Assembly (NCBI GenBank): GCA_963730185.1
Contig: CAVSQW010000006.1
Location: forward strand, 514,050 to 578,049
DNA from: an uncultured Gemmatimonadales bacterium
GTDB lineage: Bacteria; Gemmatimonadota; Gemmatimonadetes; Gemmatimonadales; GWC2-71-9
Length of the DNA stretch: 64,000 bases
Reading direction: 5' to 3'
Below are positions 61,927 through 64,000 of the stretch, piece after piece (the first letter of the stretch is position 1; each line of letters opens with the position of its first letter). Position numbers and translations under genes: made by a program. The notes under the pieces are model-generated. The model was given only the letters and a program-made list of their open reading frames with translations, was not told the DNA's origin and did no database searches.

Positions 61927-63396
61927 ATGCCGACCCTCACCACCCTCACCTTCGAGAACAGCTACGCCCGGCTGCACCCCCGTCTCTACGAGGTCGTCGA
62001 CCCCACGCCGCTCCCGAGCGCCCCCCGGCTGGTGGCGTTCAGCCCGCCGGCGGCCGCCTTGATCGACCTCGATGCCGACGCCGGCTCCACGCCCGAGTTC
62101 CTGGCCGCGATGACCAACGCTTGGCGGATTCCGGGCTCCGAACCGATCGCGACCCTCTACGCCGGCCACCAGTTCGGCGTCTGGGTCCCCCAGCTCGGTG
62201 ACGGGCGGGCCGTCCTGCTGGGCGAGGTGCGGAACCAGCGGGGCGAGGCCTGGGAGCTCCAACTCAAGGGAGCCGGCCAGACCCGCTATTCCCGAGGCGG
62301 CGACGGCCGGTCCGTGCTCCGCTCGGCCATCCGGGAATTCTTGGCCAGCGAGGCGCTCGCCGGTCTTGGTATTCCGACGACCCGGGCCCTCGCCGTGGCG
62401 GCCACCAACGACCCCGTGCAGCGCGAGACGATCGAGACCGCCGCCACCTTGCTCCGGCTGGCCCCGACTCACGTCCGCTTCGGCACCTTCCAGGCGGTCG
62501 CCGCCCGGGGCGCGCTGGAGCGGGTTCGCGAGCTGGCCGACTACGTCATCGCCCGGCACTACCCCGAGGCGGCGGCAGAACCGGAGCCCTACGCCGCCTT
62601 CCTGGACGCGGTCGTGGAACGAACCGCGACCCTGGTGGCCGACTGGATGGCGGTGGGATTCACCCACGGCGTGCTCAATACCGACAACATGTCGATCGTC
62701 GGAGTCACCCTCGACTACGGCCCCTACGGCTTCATCGACGAGTTCGACCCGAGCTTCACCCCCAACCACTCCGACCCCGACGGACGCTACGCCTACGACC
62801 GCCAGCCCGCGATCGGGATCTGGAACCTGCTCCGCTTCGCCGAGTCGCTCCTCTCGCTGGTGCCGGCCGAGCGGGCCAACGCGTCGCTGGAGCGCTACGC
62901 CCCCGCGTTCGAAGCCAGATACGGCGGTGCCATGCGCGCCAAGCTGGGCCTGGCAACGTCGCGCCCCGAGGACGGCGGCCTGATCGGCGACCTGCTCGAG
63001 CTCCTGGCCGCCAACCGGGTGGACTACACCCGGTTCTTCCGCGCCCTCACGACGGTGGCCGGCGGCGCTCGGATCGCCCCGCCCGCGCTCGAGAGCCTGG
63101 TCGGCGACCGGGCGGCCCTCGACGCCTGGGTGGCACGCTACGGCAATCGTTTGGAGTCGGAGGAACGCGGCGACGAGGCACGCCGCGCGGCGATGTCGAG
63201 TGTCAACCCGAAGTACGTGCTCAGGAACTACCTCGCGCAGGAGGCCATCGACCGGGCCCGCGAGGGTGACTTCGACGAAATCGAGCGCCTCAGGAGCGTC
63301 CTGGCCGATCCCTTCGCGGAGCACCCCGAGCACGAGCGCTACGCCGGCCCCGCCCCGGCCTGGGCTCGCGACCTGGTGGTGAGCTGCTCCTCCTGA
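61927..63396 (+). CDS. selO: Protein adenylyltransferase SelO/YdiU
   Basis: YAGHQFG, QLGDGR, QLKGAG, HGVLNTDNMS, DYGPYGF, NPKYVLRNY, C-terminal SCSS. Confidence 0.96.
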   Translation: MPTLTTLTFENSYARLHPRLYEVVDPTPLPSAPRLVAFSPPAAALIDLDADAGSTPEFLAAMTNAWRIPGSEPIATLYAGHQFGVWVPQLGDGRAVLLGEVRNQRGEAWELQLKGAGQTRYSRGGDGRSVLRSAIREFLASEALAGLGIPTTRALAVAATNDPVQRETIETAATLLRLAPTHVRFGTFQAVAARGALERVRELADYVIARHYPEAAAEPEPYAAFLDAVVERTATLVADWMAVGFTHGVLNTDNMSIVGVTLDYGPYGFIDEFDPSFTPNHSDPDGRYAYDRQPAIGIWNLLRFAESLLSLVPAERANASLERYAPAFEARYGGAMRAKLGLATSRPEDGGLIGDLLELLAANRVDYTRFFRALTTVAGGARIAPPALESLVGDRAALDAWVARYGNRLESEERGDEARRAAMSSVNPKYVLRNYLAQEAIDRAREGDFDEIERLRSVLADPFAEHPEHERYAGPAPAWARDLVVSCSS

Positions 63397-63411
63397 CCCG
63401 GTGCCCGGCGC

Positions 63412-64000
63412 TCAGATCGCGCCGCTGAAGGTGTCGCAGTCCTCCACCCGACCACCCTGGAACCCGCGCTGGAACCAGCGGACCCGGTCCGCGCTCGAGC
63501 CGTGGGTGAAGCCGTCCGGGTTCACGTGACCGGTGGCCATCCGCTGGATCCGATCGTCGCCCACCGCCGCCGCCGCGCCGATCCCCTCCTCCACGTCCCC
63601 GGGCTCGAGGATCCCCATCTGCCCGGTTTCGTGCCCCCACACGCCGGCCAGGCAGTCGGCCTGGAGCTCCATCCGAACCTGGATCTGGTTGCTCTGGGAC
63701 GGGTTCCGCTGCTGGAGCCGCCGGACCTTGGCCTCGATCCCGAGCAGATTCTGGACGTGGTGACCGATCTCGTGCGCCAGCACGTACGCCTGGGCAAAGT
63801 CGCCCGGGGCGCCGAAACGCTGGCTCAGCTCGTCGTAGAATCCCAGATCGATGTAGACCTTCTCGTCGCCCGGACAGTAGAACGGCCCGGTCGCCGACTG
63901 GGCCAGGCCGCACGCCGATTGGACGGCGTCTCGGAAGAGCACCAGCTTGGCGCGCTCGTAGTGGCCGCCCATCGCCTGGAAGGTCCGCTCCCAGTACCCC
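63412..64000 (-). CDS. ypfJ: YpfJ-family neutral zinc metallopeptidase (partial, 5' end outside the window)
   Basis: GPFYCP, AYVLAHEIGHHVQ, ELQADC, VGDDRIQ, FTHGSS. Confidence 0.92.
   Translation of the reverse strand, partial: GYWERTFQAMGGHYERAKLVLFRDAVQSACGLAQSATGPFYCPGDEKVYIDLGFYDELSQRFGAPGDFAQAYVLAHEIGHHVQNLLGIEAKVRRLQQRNPSQSNQIQVRMELQADCLAGVWGHETGQMGILEPGDVEEGIGAAAAVGDDRIQRMATGHVNPDGFTHGSSADRVRWFQRGFQGGRVEDCDTFSGAI

Noticed and set aside
63380..63420. Selenocysteine read-through at the SelO C-terminal TGA
   Set aside because: The protein ends SCSS with Cys already at the redox position, and the convergent ypfJ stop follows within 15 nt.
52..63913. Many long overlapping or antisense ORFs (e.g. 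52-1902, 5296-7314, 23682-25928, 34437-36455, 39149-41779)
   Set aside because: Arg/Pro/Gly-rich shadow frames of real genes, expected when high GC makes stop codons rare; no motifs.
1..64000. Mobile element, prophage or genomic island
   Set aside because: No integrase, transposase, tRNA attachment site or obvious compositional shift seen.

Overview
A very GC-rich bacterial chromosomal segment of about 48 genes. The gene families (PadR plus ADOP orphan permeases, carboxypeptidase-regulatory and plug-only proteins, DUF4384, tricorn protease) suggest Gemmatimonadota; this is an inference. From left to right: (1) a divergent PadR/ADOP-permease and BlaI/mini-BlaR1 regulatory hub with visible promoters and operators; (2) a second ADOP permease, an Ig-like plus leishmanolysin (M8) lipoprotein, and an ATP-dependent DNA ligase; (3) a beta-propeller lipoprotein divergent from a TolC-MFP-RND-RND operon whose second RND lacks the proton-relay residues; (4) a class V PLP enzyme, tricorn protease, DUF4384, and an esterase/FG-GAP cluster with a divergent AraC; (5) gyrA and a Thr/Ser dehydratase, running directly into a c-di-GMP / Ser-Thr kinase / HDOD / histidine kinase island of about 11 kb with two sigma28-like promoters; (6) M1 peptidase, TetR, saccharopine dehydrogenase-like and thioredoxin-like genes, a Tat asparaginase with a POTRA-less Omp85, NAD salvage genes (pncB-like, pncA), an aminotransferase, DUF502, selO and ypfJ. 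No rRNA, tRNA, CRISPR or transposase is visible. About 19 apparent frameshifts, all consistent with +1 insertions and nearly all within 3.9-32.4 kb, most likely reflect sequencing or assembly error, so the split genes are treated as intact. All calls come from motif recognition by eye; no database search was run.
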